Of a stretch of 64,000 bases of DNA, positions 20,623-29,375 are shown one piece after another (within the stretch, counting starts at the first letter, position 1; each line of letters starts with the position of its first letter). The position numbers and the translations under genes were made by a program. The DNA is taken from IMG/VR virus record IMGVR_UViG_3300025012_000027, positions 124,001 to 188,000 of that record. One strand, given 5' to 3'. Under the pieces are notes generated by a model. The model saw only the letters and a list, made by a program, of their open reading frames with translations, was not told the origin of the DNA and did no database searches.

Positions 20623-21666
20623 TTAAACAAATCCAAATTTTCGTTTCGAGCCATACTTTGCATTATTGCGCTTGCTAGCAAAGATCTCAGACAATGTAAG
20701 ATCATTTCCATCAGGCAATTCTACATTTGTCTCGGCAGCGACTTTGCTCGCCTGTTCTCGATTTAACGAATCAAATTCGATGATATCAAAGCATCGACCA
20801 GGTCGAGTTAACGCACTATCAATATCAGCAATGTGAGGTAGGTTAGTCGAAAATACGAGCTTCTTATTCTTAAGACTCATCAATCCATCTCCAAGATTTA
20901 AGAATCTAGACATCATATCATTGCCTTCTGCTCGTGGCATCAACAAAGTATCGCTGTCTTCCAAGATCATGAAATCATCAGACGAACTATACCAATCAAC
21001 GAAGAAACTATCTTGAGCGATGACCTTGGGGTTATATGATAGAGTTGCTGATTTCTTGTGGTGTGCCAACATACCACGAATGAATGTAGTTTTCCCAGTC
21101 CCGGGCTTCCCTATCAAGATCAAGATATTAGCACTGCTATCGAGGAATCTATCATAGTACGATGCTAGAGCTTCGCCTTCAAGGAAGGGGTACATACATG
21201 CCAGAGGCATGTTCTCAGTATTCAATGGCATCGAGATCTTCTCGAAGTATTGTGGATCATACACCCAGTTCACAAAGCATGGATTGTGCGGGAACTGTTT
21301 CTCAACAATTTCGATGTATTGATCGACTTGCGTTTGACCGCCAGAGATTTTCAACTTTGTGTTATTGTTATCTCCTTCAACAGCAAGGAATATCTCGTTG
21401 TCGTTGCGGATAGCAGTTTTACCAATAGTTCGATTCTCACTAACCTGCAACAAAAAGTCTAATCTAATAGCCTCAAGGAAGTCATCTACTTTGACTCCTA
21501 GACTAATCGCTTTAGTGATTGTGCTGCACTCAGCAGTCTTACGGGCGTCGATGAATTCTGCGAGCAGGTAATCGTCGTAGCTATCAAACACTAAATTAAA
21601 TTTTTCGGTCATGGGTACTTTTGATTGTAGAGGGGTGTCGAATCGACGGTGGAACGTTTTACTCAT
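20623..21666 (-). CDS. AAA ATPase
   Basis: GKPGTGKT, ILEDSD, STN, DSALTRPGRCFD. Confidence 0.75.
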   Translation of the reverse strand: MSKTFHRRFDTPLQSKVPMTEKFNLVFDSYDDYLLAEFIDARKTAECSTITKAISLGVKVDDFLEAIRLDFLLQVSENRTIGKTAIRNDNEIFLAVEGDNNNTKLKISGGQTQVDQYIEIVEKQFPHNPCFVNWVYDPQYFEKISMPLNTENMPLACMYPFLEGEALASYYDRFLDSSANILILIGKPGTGKTTFIRGMLAHHKKSATLSYNPKVIAQDSFFVDWYSSSDDFMILEDSDTLLMPRAEGNDMMSRFLNLGDGLMSLKNKKLVFSTNLPHIADIDSALTRPGRCFDIIEFDSLNREQASKVAAETNVELPDGNDLTLSEIFASKRNNAKYGSKRKFGFV

Positions 21667-22958
21667 TTTAGATGTGCTACTGTATCAGCAACTTCTTTAT
21701 CTAGTCGAATGTTCTTGTATACTGGCAAGAACATGCTAAGCATCGTCTCGCCTTTCTTCGTGATAATCGCATTGTATGTCATGTCGATAAGTTTCCCAAT
21801 AAAGTGATCTGGCGATTTTAACCGATCAGCATCATTAAGACCGGTCCCGATGCTAACATTCAACAAATCATCCGACGTCACACACTCCAAAGACCCAATT
21901 AGGAGTGGGTTCTTGCTATGTGGAGTGATACCAATACAAAGCAACGTGGCGTCTTTCACTTCTTTAAGTTTCAAGCAGAACTTGCTGCGACGAGCTTCCC
22001 ATGGCATATTATACGGCTTGACCATCGCACCTTCTTCACCGCGGCTAACCATGTCATTGTAGAATGCAATAACCTGAGCATACGTTGATACATACGCAGT
22101 TTCGACGATAGACACTCGGTTCGCATGCATAGCCAGCGCCGCATCGATCAATACTTTCAGTCGATAGTTGTAAGGAACACTGCAATACCCAGCTTTCCAG
22201 TTATTAAGTGGAATCATATCCCACAATACGATATGGAACTTTTTCGCTTCTGGGATGCTGACAGTCCCGCGAACGGCCTTATTGAAAATCCCGTTCCCGG
22301 TAGCCCGGTCGTTAATTCCTTCGTCGTCTACGACCAACAACTCGCCATCAAACACTTGATTCGGGAATTTCGAGAACGTATCGTCGAAAACACCGTGTGT
22401 CACCAGAAGGTTGCCATTGCGAGAGTAGACGCTGACTGCCCCGGCGGGGTCAACAACAATCTCAACTCGTCCACCATCAGCTTTCATCTGTACGATGATC
22501 GCGTCAGGACCTTCTGGGACATTCAGCATAGTCTTATCGTTGAACTTATCAGCCAACATAACAGGGAACTCTGTGATCAATCCCGGCCAAACTCGATTCA
22601 CTAACCCACCTGCAACTTTACATTCAAGATCATGATTGATGATTCGCTTGAGGATTACTTGAGAATCGGCGGTCAATGTCCCCATGATTTCTATTAGATA
22701 ATCTCGCGCGGCATGTCCAGTAACTACTCGACCAGCTAAATTGGCTTTGACAGCTAATAGTGTGGCCAAATCGAGATCTTTATCCCCGACATGAGTGACG
22801 AGTGTTGCTCGGATATAAAAATTCGTAAACGGATCGAGCGTCATAAAGAACGCCTCTTTCAACGCCGCATTGTCTTTATGCAACATCAAGATTTCTGTTT
22901 TCTTCGTGGTGCTAGACTCGCTAGCAAGTGCTTTGATAATATCGTGTAGTTTCGTCAT
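21663..22958 (-). CDS. gp30: ATP-dependent DNA ligase gp30
   Basis: KADGGR adenylation motif, VFDGEL, EEGAMVK, W..RRSK..LKLK. Confidence 0.9.
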   Translation of the reverse strand: MTKLHDIIKALASESSTTKKTEILMLHKDNAALKEAFFMTLDPFTNFYIRATLVTHVGDKDLDLATLLAVKANLAGRVVTGHAARDYLIEIMGTLTADSQVILKRIINHDLECKVAGGLVNRVWPGLITEFPVMLADKFNDKTMLNVPEGPDAIIVQMKADGGRVEIVVDPAGAVSVYSRNGNLLVTHGVFDDTFSKFPNQVFDGELLVVDDEGINDRATGNGIFNKAVRGTVSIPEAKKFHIVLWDMIPLNNWKAGYCSVPYNYRLKVLIDAALAMHANRVSIVETAYVSTYAQVIAFYNDMVSRGEEGAMVKPYNMPWEARRSKFCLKLKEVKDATLLCIGITPHSKNPLLIGSLECVTSDDLLNVSIGTGLNDADRLKSPDHFIGKLIDMTYNAIITKKGETMLSMFLPVYKNIRLDKEVADTVAHLK

Positions 22959-22994
22959 ATTCACATTATAACATAATAAATGGGAGAGTCAATA

Positions 22995-23294
22995 TTAGAA
23001 TGTCGTTGGCTGTGCCACTGCTCTGGTCAGCATCATAAGGCCTTCTTGCAAACGCAGTTCACCATGCATTTGCCATTTATGTGGTTCGGCTTCTTGCAGC
23101 CTATATAACTCAGCTTCCGCAACCTCGGGGTTCACCAGCGTATCGAGCAAGGCTGCTTGAACATATATGTGTTGTCGCACTTTCTCAACCATATCGTGGA
23201 GCTGAATGCCCAATGCTTTGATTTCATTCATAAGATCTATTTCTGTTTGTGACAGATCGCGATAGCCGGTGATTTTCCGATGTTGGTTTTCCAT
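22995..23294 (-). CDS. acb2: Anti-CBASS cyclic-oligonucleotide sponge Acb2 (Vs.4-like)
   Basis: MENQHRKITGYRDLSQTEIDLMN.IK..G and LMMLTRAVAQPTTF match the Acb2 termini as I recall them. Confidence 0.85.
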   Translation of the reverse strand: MENQHRKITGYRDLSQTEIDLMNEIKALGIQLHDMVEKVRQHIYVQAALLDTLVNPEVAEAELYRLQEAEPHKWQMHGELRLQEGLMMLTRAVAQPTTF

Positions 23295-23330
23295 AATATA
23301 TCTCGTATGAAGGGGCCGAAGCCCTCAATG

Positions 23331-23564
23331 TTATGAACGTTTGTTCACGAATGCCGACAACTCAGTTGCTTTTGCAATGATGTCGTCGATTGTGTGTTTG
23401 GGGATATATTTATCCCAATCTGCCCAGGTAGCTTTTCCGGCCTCGACAGACGCATCGAAGTTTGCTTTTGCGAATTTTACTTGCGCATCGTAGATACGAT
23501 CATAATAGTCTTTGGCCATTTGTAGAGCGTCGAATCGGAGCTCAAAAGGATTTTTATCTGACAT
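23331..23564 (-). CDS. Conserved T4-like hypothetical protein
   Basis: KNPFELRFDALQMAKDY...IIAKATELSAFV. Confidence 0.6.
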   Translation of the reverse strand: MSDKNPFELRFDALQMAKDYYDRIYDAQVKFAKANFDASVEAGKATWADWDKYIPKHTIDDIIAKATELSAFVNKRS

Positions 23565-23588
23565 GATGTGTGCTTTCTGTGTAGTGAT

Positions 23589-23789
23589 TTACTTGGATAC
23601 AGAACTCAAAGAGTCTGCAAGATATTTGGATGCATTGGTTGCGTTTTCGACAACCATCTTTCCAAATTGGGTTTGAGCTACGATCAATTCATTGACCAGT
23701 TTATTGGTCGTTGGATCTGCGACGACGGCGTCGACAACTAGCTTGTTGATACTCTGAACGGTATCGAATACATAATTTGCGTTTAGCAT
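23589..23789 (-). CDS. Small hypothetical protein
   Basis: AGGAG RBS; MLNANYVFDTVQSINK. Confidence 0.5.
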   Translation of the reverse strand: MLNANYVFDTVQSINKLVVDAVVADPTTNKLVNELIVAQTQFGKMVVENATNASKYLADSLSSVSK

Positions 23790-23832
23790 ACTAACTCCTG
23801 TGATGTGTGTTGTAGAAGATTCTACTGAGTAT

Positions 23833-24018
23833 TTACGGCGCCTTTTTAGGGACCTCTGTGATGTCGAGTTTTGCCCCACTGTGCAGGTATACTTCCATTT
23901 GTTGGCCGTCTTCTAGATGGTGTTCTTGAAACACCTTACCAGTACCTGGATCGAGAACTTTGACAAGCACTGCTTGGTGGTTCGGGGCTGGGCTTTGGAT
24001 GATAACACGAGTGGTCAT
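23833..24018 (-). CDS. Small hypothetical protein
   Basis: 61-aa ORF in the operon. Confidence 0.5.
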   Translation of the reverse strand: MTTRVIIQSPAPNHQAVLVKVLDPGTGKVFQEHHLEDGQQMEVYLHSGAKLDITEVPKKAP

Positions 24019-24020
24019 GG

Positions 24021-24416
24021 CTAATCCTGTATGGGTTGGTTGATAACACGAAACTGCTGTTCATCCAAGAATATTTTCCTGATATATTGTGGTATTTGAT
24101 GTTGCGTGGCCAAGATCGCTTCGATGTGATCGTCTTCAAGATCTTTCAACGGACGTCTTGTCAATGGCTGTTTTCCATCTTTGCCATAAGACCCCCACGA
24201 GAATTCTTCTCGAATCAGATCATGTGAGTCTGTATCATATACTGGCGCATATGTCGCGGGGACCTTGTTTGAGCTAGTCCGAGTATAATCTAGACCACCA
24301 TCCAACACATAGAGTTCGCCGTTCTTATCAACATATTCGGTATAATCATGTCGATGACGGCTGTAAATAACAGTTCCATCGGGGGTGATCATCTTGTTTA
24401 CGAGCATCTGAGTCAT
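24021..24416 (-). CDS. Conserved phage hypothetical protein
   Basis: SRHRHDY...LDGGLDY.R, SWGSYGKDGKQPL. Confidence 0.6.
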   Translation of the reverse strand: MTQMLVNKMITPDGTVIYSRHRHDYTEYVDKNGELYVLDGGLDYTRTSSNKVPATYAPVYDTDSHDLIREEFSWGSYGKDGKQPLTRRPLKDLEDDHIEAILATQHQIPQYIRKIFLDEQQFRVINQPIQD

Positions 24417-24417
24417 A

Positions 24418-25284
24418 TTAAATCTCCACGGTTTTCAAATTGAAGTTATTAGCACAATTCTCGTATCCAATGTATCCTCGTGGATTGCTGACAATTCTGG
24501 TCTGCCCGATCATATAATCCTGTGGGCAATGAATATGTCCATGCGTCCATAGTTTAATCTGCGGACGCGCCCTGATGAAATCATCTAAGTTAGACGCATA
24601 TGCTGGGTATACTGCTGGATCTCGTCCAAATGCAATATCTAAACTCCGAAGAGATGGGGCATGATGTCCAACAACTACGATAGTTTTTGTTGGATTATCA
24701 TCGACTACATCTCGAATGAATCCAATGCAGTGTTCGTGCTCATCAATAGATGCCTGTGGAGAAAACTTTCCAGGTCGGGTCTTAAACACAGGAGGTGAGT
24801 TGCGATTCAACGGGTCGCTGGGAACTTTATAGTTCACCATCCGGTTACTGTTATCAATGTGAACGTAGTCGTTCATTCGATCATGAGCATTATTAATTGC
24901 TCGTTCGTTACCATTATCCATATCAGTCCAGAGAGTAGACCCAACGAACATGACATCGCCATCGGTAACGATTTCTTTGTCCAACACAAAAATATTTGGT
25001 AGATACGATAGGCGATCAAAAAGAATCTGGTGCGTCTTGGCAAAATCTCCATGATAGTGTTCATGGTTACCAGAAACATACATCACAGACTGGAACTCGT
25101 TAGAGCATTGTTGAAAGAACTCATGGAACTTGTTCGAGCGCGCAACATTTGTATTGTCAACGTCTAACAGATCATTGGCAATGCAAATATCACCGCTGAG
25201 GACAAGCACATCAGCCCCGTCTTTATTGACTAGTTCGATTGGACCGAACTCGAGGTGGATATCTGAACAGATTGAAATTTTCAT
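24418..25284 (-). CDS. Calcineurin-like metallophosphoesterase
   Basis: SDIHLE, GDI, GNHEHY, GHH, HGHIH motifs. Confidence 0.85.
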   Translation of the reverse strand: MKISICSDIHLEFGPIELVNKDGADVLVLSGDICIANDLLDVDNTNVARSNKFHEFFQQCSNEFQSVMYVSGNHEHYHGDFAKTHQILFDRLSYLPNIFVLDKEIVTDGDVMFVGSTLWTDMDNGNERAINNAHDRMNDYVHIDNSNRMVNYKVPSDPLNRNSPPVFKTRPGKFSPQASIDEHEHCIGFIRDVVDDNPTKTIVVVGHHAPSLRSLDIAFGRDPAVYPAYASNLDDFIRARPQIKLWTHGHIHCPQDYMIGQTRIVSNPRGYIGYENCANNFNLKTVEI

Positions 25285-25314
25285 ATAGGATACGTGTTGT
25301 GATTCGGTAGTTTG

Positions 25315-25387
25315 TAGGTCCCTCCGGACTCGAACCGGAACCTTACGAATTATGAGTTCGCGGCACTAACCATTATGCTAGAGACCT
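25315..25387 (-). tRNA. tRNA-CAT (Ile2 or Met), CCA not encoded
   Basis: Cloverleaf, loop CTCATAA, TTCGAGT T-loop. Confidence 0.8.
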
Positions 25388-25426
25388 ACAAACTACCGTA
25401 TAGAAGTATTATAACACCATTTTTGC

Positions 25427-25612
25427 CTATTGTGGCGTCTCTGATAAAATTTCTTTATTAGTCTGCGTAACCAACGGCATCGTTTCGTCTAGTGGAACGG
25501 CTGAGTCTTCTAGAATCTCCACTGGCCGTTCTTGACGAAAGATTCGATTGAAGTTCGAATCATACTCGTCAAAACTAACGCTATATGGCCTTGCCTTGCT
25601 ACCTTTACTCAT
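25427..25612 (-). CDS. Small hypothetical protein
   Basis: MSKGSKARPYSVS...NFNRIF; AAGGAG RBS. Confidence 0.55.
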   Translation of the reverse strand: MSKGSKARPYSVSFDEYDSNFNRIFRQERPVEILEDSAVPLDETMPLVTQTNKEILSETPQ

Positions 25613-25621
25613 AATATCTCC

Positions 25622-25789
25622 TTAAAGTTCTTCGATGATTCCCAGCACTTCAGCTGTGATAAATAATACACCGGCGGTTGCTAATTGCCCAGTAATCAAG
25701 GCCAATCCTGCAAGAATTCGGATAATGCTCTTAACCAGGCTGACAGCAAAGTGAAACGTATCGACTCTATCAAACAATCGTTTAAACAT
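25622..25789 (-). CDS. Small membrane protein
   Basis: MFKRLFD...HFAVSLVKSIIRILAG...AEVLGIIEEL*. Confidence 0.55.
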   Translation of the reverse strand: MFKRLFDRVDTFHFAVSLVKSIIRILAGLALITGQLATAGVLFITAEVLGIIEEL

Positions 25790-25968
25790 TATGGGGTTCC
25801 TGCAAAGGTTTTCTGTACGACATTACCTACAATGTAAGCAGCTACTGTGGCAATGACTACCGCTGAGTATACTCCATCTGCGATATGGCCGAAATACACC
25901 AATGTATGTGCAGATCCAAGACTAGCAATCGCTGCTATAAACTTACGACTTAGATGCTTGCTGCTCAT
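25789..25968 (-). CDS. Small 2-TM holin-like protein
   Basis: LSRKF...two hydrophobic helices...YIVGNVVQK. Confidence 0.45.
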   Translation of the reverse strand: MSSKHLSRKFIAAIASLGSAHTLVYFGHIADGVYSAVVIATVAAYIVGNVVQKTFAGTP

Positions 25969-26318
25969 CGCTTACCTCCAAAATATGGGACGGCATATCC
26001 TTCATTGATCATGCGGTCATTAAACAATTCACCGTCTGGCAAATAGATGTCGGCCAACCAACGACCGTATTTATCTGCCTTAAATGACGATATAGTAACA
26101 GTTTTGCCGAGCAATACAGACTTAACATATTCCTTGGCCTTCTGACCAGATTCGCGAACAATCGCATCTGGGCTGTTGAGTTCTGGCGTATCAATACTGT
26201 TTAGTCTGAATCGAATCTTGACCCAAACAGTGAACCCAAGATCTATGTTTGCATCGACGGTATCTCCATCTACCACATTAGTGATGGTAGCAGAGTAAAT
26301 GTAATTTTGTTTGATCAT
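25965..26318 (-). CDS. Thermonuclease (SNase family)
   Basis: VVDGDTV, RLNSIDTPE, DKYGRWLA. Confidence 0.85.
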   Translation of the reverse strand: MIKQNYIYSATITNVVDGDTVDANIDLGFTVWVKIRFRLNSIDTPELNSPDAIVRESGQKAKEYVKSVLLGKTVTISSFKADKYGRWLADIYLPDGELFNDRMINEGYAVPYFGGKR

Positions 26319-26344
26319 TGTTGATTAGGTGATAGTGGGATTGA

Positions 26345-26665
26345 TTTGGTAACAAGGCTCAATCCCAAAACCCTCGTCCAATTAGGCGTTAGCCATCATC
26401 AGAAATTGTGAGTCATTTGCATTTCTCAGATTTGCTTTGTCGCGGTCATCGCCTACCGGGTTGCCGTCTCTACTTCCTAACGCTGTCGAAAACCGAATTC
26501 AGGCCCATTAAAGGTGTTTGGCGCGGTACTTTAAACCATCTTTAACTGACGCTAGGATCGAGGTTGCGAACCTCGAGGGCCTATTACCAAATACCTTTGG
26601 TGGACCTGCCGGGATTCGAACCCGGGTCCAACATTCCTCCACTTCGAAGGATTTACAACCATTTC
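26345..26665 (-). ncRNA. ssrA: Circularly permuted (two-piece) tmRNA
   Basis: T-arm/acceptor-3' GGTTCGAATCCCGGCAGGTCCACCA (26598-26630) lies upstream of the 5' end GGGCCTGAATTCGGTTTTCGAC (from ~26506); G3-U70 pair; tag ANDSQFLMMANA* at 26420-26382. Confidence 0.85.
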
Positions 26666-26693
26666 TCTAAGCCAGGATCGCCGGCTTAAATTT

Positions 26694-26867
26694 CTACGAT
26701 GGATACACGAACCAAGATGTTTTCTTTAGGTACGCTTCCATCTCCGCCTCGCTCATAGACAATTGCTTCGCAGCTAACGATATGAACTTGGTGTATCTAA
26801 ACTTTATATCTTGATGATCTTGGCCATTACACCAAGCATCATACATAACCTTTGCATACAGATACAT
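26694..26867 (-). CDS. Small hypothetical protein
   Basis: MYLYAKVMYDAW...WFVYPS*. Confidence 0.45.
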   Translation of the reverse strand: MYLYAKVMYDAWCNGQDHQDIKFRYTKFISLAAKQLSMSEAEMEAYLKKTSWFVYPS

Positions 26868-26886
26868 ACCAGACCTTTATTGGTTT

Positions 26887-27057
26887 CTAGTATTTAGTAT
26901 CCTTCTTGATTTTCTTACCCAGAGTATCTTTAACCAATTGGTGATACTTGTTCAGTAGATAGTAACCATAGTTCGAATATGCAGTGACAAGTTCGACCGG
27001 CGAGGTCGCCTTCAGAATCTTACTTAGGTAATACGATTCGTTAAGTTTGTTGCTCAT
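26887..27057 (-). CDS. Small hypothetical protein
   Basis: MSNKLNESYY...KKDTKY*. Confidence 0.4.
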   Translation of the reverse strand: MSNKLNESYYLSKILKATSPVELVTAYSNYGYYLLNKYHQLVKDTLGKKIKKDTKY

Positions 27058-27223
27058 TTGTAGAACGATCTTTCTTATCCGAAGATACTTTCACTTTTGA
27101 GTTGAGCTCCGCCTGGATCATAGCATTTTTGTAAATGTTACGCTGTTCTGCGTCAACGATAGTAGACATAACTCTCTTGGAAGTCTTGCTCAGACAAAAG
27201 TGTGCAGTTGGTTTAATGTACAT
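27041..27223 (-). CDS. Small conserved hypothetical protein
   Basis: MYIKPTAHFCLSKTSKR...YKNAMIQAE. Confidence 0.55.
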   Translation of the reverse strand: MYIKPTAHFCLSKTSKRVMSTIVDAEQRNIYKNAMIQAELNSKVKVSSDKKDRSTNEQQT

Positions 27224-27266
27224 TGAGGTTCTTTCTATTTAAATCAATATTGTGGTTGTATCGTGA

Positions 27267-27539
27267 TTAGCGATTCGATCTAGGTTGGTCGATACTGCGC
27301 CAAGGAATTCCATGCTGTTCAGCGCATGCAACGCCGATGGCTAAGACTTTTCTAATTTCTTTAAGAGCATCTCCGTCACCATCATGTGATGCCCATGCCG
27401 ATTCTGCATCAGTTAAAAATTTCCGCATCAAAGTTAGCCAACCGCCTACTTCATGTGGATGATCTATTACAGACCCCCATTCAGCGTCCTGGAACCGACG
27501 TTCGCCGTCAATTATCTCATAAACTTTCAGTCGATCCAT
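27267..27539 (-). CDS. Hypothetical protein
   Basis: 90-aa ORF with GAGG RBS. Confidence 0.6.
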   Translation of the reverse strand: MDRLKVYEIIDGERRFQDAEWGSVIDHPHEVGGWLTLMRKFLTDAESAWASHDGDGDALKEIRKVLAIGVACAEQHGIPWRSIDQPRSNR

Positions 27540-27547
27540 CAGTTACC

Positions 27548-27754
27548 TCATTTCAATTTCTTCAACATTTCGCGGCCAGTGGCCCCCTGTTCAATTTCTG
27601 CCAGGGCGGTTAAGATAGGGCCATTCTTTGTAGGAACTCGAGGCGCATCACCGCGCCGAAGTTCTCGAGCACGCTTGGCGGCAATTAGTACGAGATCGTA
27701 CCGACTGCCTACCATTTTAACTGCATCCTCGGATGTAATTCCGTCTGTACTCAT
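27548..27754 (-). CDS. rpoZ: RNA polymerase omega subunit homologue
   Basis: ITSEDAV...SRYDLVLIAAKRAREL..G...K.GP...AL.EI..G. Confidence 0.75.
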   Translation of the reverse strand: MSTDGITSEDAVKMVGSRYDLVLIAAKRARELRRGDAPRVPTKNGPILTALAEIEQGATGREMLKKLK

Positions 27755-27800
27755 CGAACGTTCCTTTAAAATGCTATTATAACACCGATATATAAGATTA

Positions 27801-28601
27801 TCAAGCGTTAACGATGGGTTCGCCGAAAAATAAAGTCCGGACTGGATCCGGCTGCTTCGTCAGCCAAATATCAACAGTATCAACGAATGAACGAGTAACC
27901 GGCGTAGTGGGTCTAAACTGTGCAGGAATTTTAGCAAGTTGTTCTACCGTCAAAGTACGCTCTTCTTTAACTCGTCTAGCAAACAATCCTCGTTTGAAAA
28001 ATGCTGGATATTCGTTAAAATTAACCCCATGTACAGAATGCATCATTTCCTGCATCTCTGACCGATTCTTACCTTGAAGCTCTTTGTGGGAGAACATTGA
28101 CTGAGCTGCCATCGAAACCGCATTCTTAGTACAGTCTTCTTGACGCCATAGAACCGCATTGTATGCTTCAGTTAGTGTAGGAACTACAAACGACCGACAA
28201 TCAAAACATGGAAATTCGTTGATCTTTTCTGGAAGATATTCTGCCAATTTTTTGTTAAAATATGCCGCGGCAAATGATGCTAGCACAGAATCTAACTTTT
28301 GAAAGCGACCGCCGAATGGATACTCGGTCATACTATCAGTAGTTGTATACCACACGAGAGTAATTTCATCCGACTGCACATAACCAACAAGTGCGCCAAA
28401 ACGATCCACTAACTCACGCATAGTATCTCGCATGAGTTGGGATAGTCGCATATCAAAAGGACGCTTTAATCCCTTAGTAAAAGAGTGGAACGATTTGCCA
28501 TCGAGCCGAGCAATAAGTGGCTGGCCCTTGAACGCTACTCTGGAAGTAGAAGGAGATTCGTATTGTTTCATACGATCCCCAAAAGATGTCTTATCTGTCA
28601 T
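27801..28601 (-). CDS. tRNA-His guanylyltransferase-like (Thg1/TLP) 3'-5' polymerase
   Basis: RMKQYE, RLDGKSFH.FT, PFD, YVQSDEITL, FDCR, WRQ.DC.KN. Confidence 0.9.
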   Translation of the reverse strand: MTDKTSFGDRMKQYESPSTSRVAFKGQPLIARLDGKSFHSFTKGLKRPFDMRLSQLMRDTMRELVDRFGALVGYVQSDEITLVWYTTTDSMTEYPFGGRFQKLDSVLASFAAAYFNKKLAEYLPEKINEFPCFDCRSFVVPTLTEAYNAVLWRQEDCTKNAVSMAAQSMFSHKELQGKNRSEMQEMMHSVHGVNFNEYPAFFKRGLFARRVKEERTLTVEQLAKIPAQFRPTTPVTRSFVDTVDIWLTKQPDPVRTLFFGEPIVNA

Positions 28602-28648
28602 GCTATTGTCCTTTCAAAACATTGTGTTTGACTCGCTCATCACGAGTA

Positions 28649-29281
28649 TTATTTGGCGACTACCTTATCATATTCAGCGATGCCCCATGCCAAAGCATAG
28701 CAACACCAAATAAAGTAATGTGTATATTCTTCAGTGTCAATCTCATAGAAGTCTTCGAATGGGCGGTTACTATAAATTTCACAATCCATTGCCGATCGGT
28801 AAGCGTGTTCTTTGCCGCCGTCTTCCAAGCAATCGAGTACATCATTCTCAAGAATTTTAAACGCTTTCAACTTGTCTTCTACAGAAAAATTCTCGCCATC
28901 GGCCCATTCGTTAAATTGTTCAATCAGCCGTTTCTTAAACTTCGCAACGCTCCATTCTTTGAAGCCGTCACCACGGTCAACCGCTTCTAACTTTTCACCC
29001 CAATACCCAGGGTCGATATCCAAAGTTAAATTGTTTGCCTTTGCGTAAGAGCTCATTCGATCAGTTCTGAAGAACTCGAACATATCATTGAGCCGGCGGA
29101 ACACGTATGTTCCCATATCGCCAGTATAACACAAATATCCAGGCCAGGTGATCAAGTCAAAGTGCATGCACATAGTTCCAGGACGCTTGAACCGAATGTG
29201 TCGAAACAACCCATCGTCTCGAATTACTTCGACGACATGAGTTGAAACGTCTTTGAGAAACTCTGCTTCAGTGATTGTCAT
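28649..29281 (-). CDS. Conserved phage hypothetical protein
   Basis: FDLITWPGYLCYTGDMG.YVF.R..DMFEFFR. Confidence 0.6.
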   Translation of the reverse strand: MTITEAEFLKDVSTHVVEVIRDDGLFRHIRFKRPGTMCMHFDLITWPGYLCYTGDMGTYVFRRLNDMFEFFRTDRMSSYAKANNLTLDIDPGYWGEKLEAVDRGDGFKEWSVAKFKKRLIEQFNEWADGENFSVEDKLKAFKILENDVLDCLEDGGKEHAYRSAMDCEIYSNRPFEDFYEIDTEEYTHYFIWCCYALAWGIAEYDKVVAK

Positions 29282-29293
29282 AATATAAATGAG

Positions 29294-29370
29294 TGGCCTG
29301 CCCGGAGGGACTCGAACCCCCGACCCACAGATTAGAAATCTGTTGCTCTATCCGACTGAGCCACGGGCAG
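29294..29370 (-). tRNA. tRNA-Arg(TCT)
   Basis: Cloverleaf, loop TTTCTAA, CCA. Confidence 0.9.
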
Positions 29371-29375
29371 GTAAA

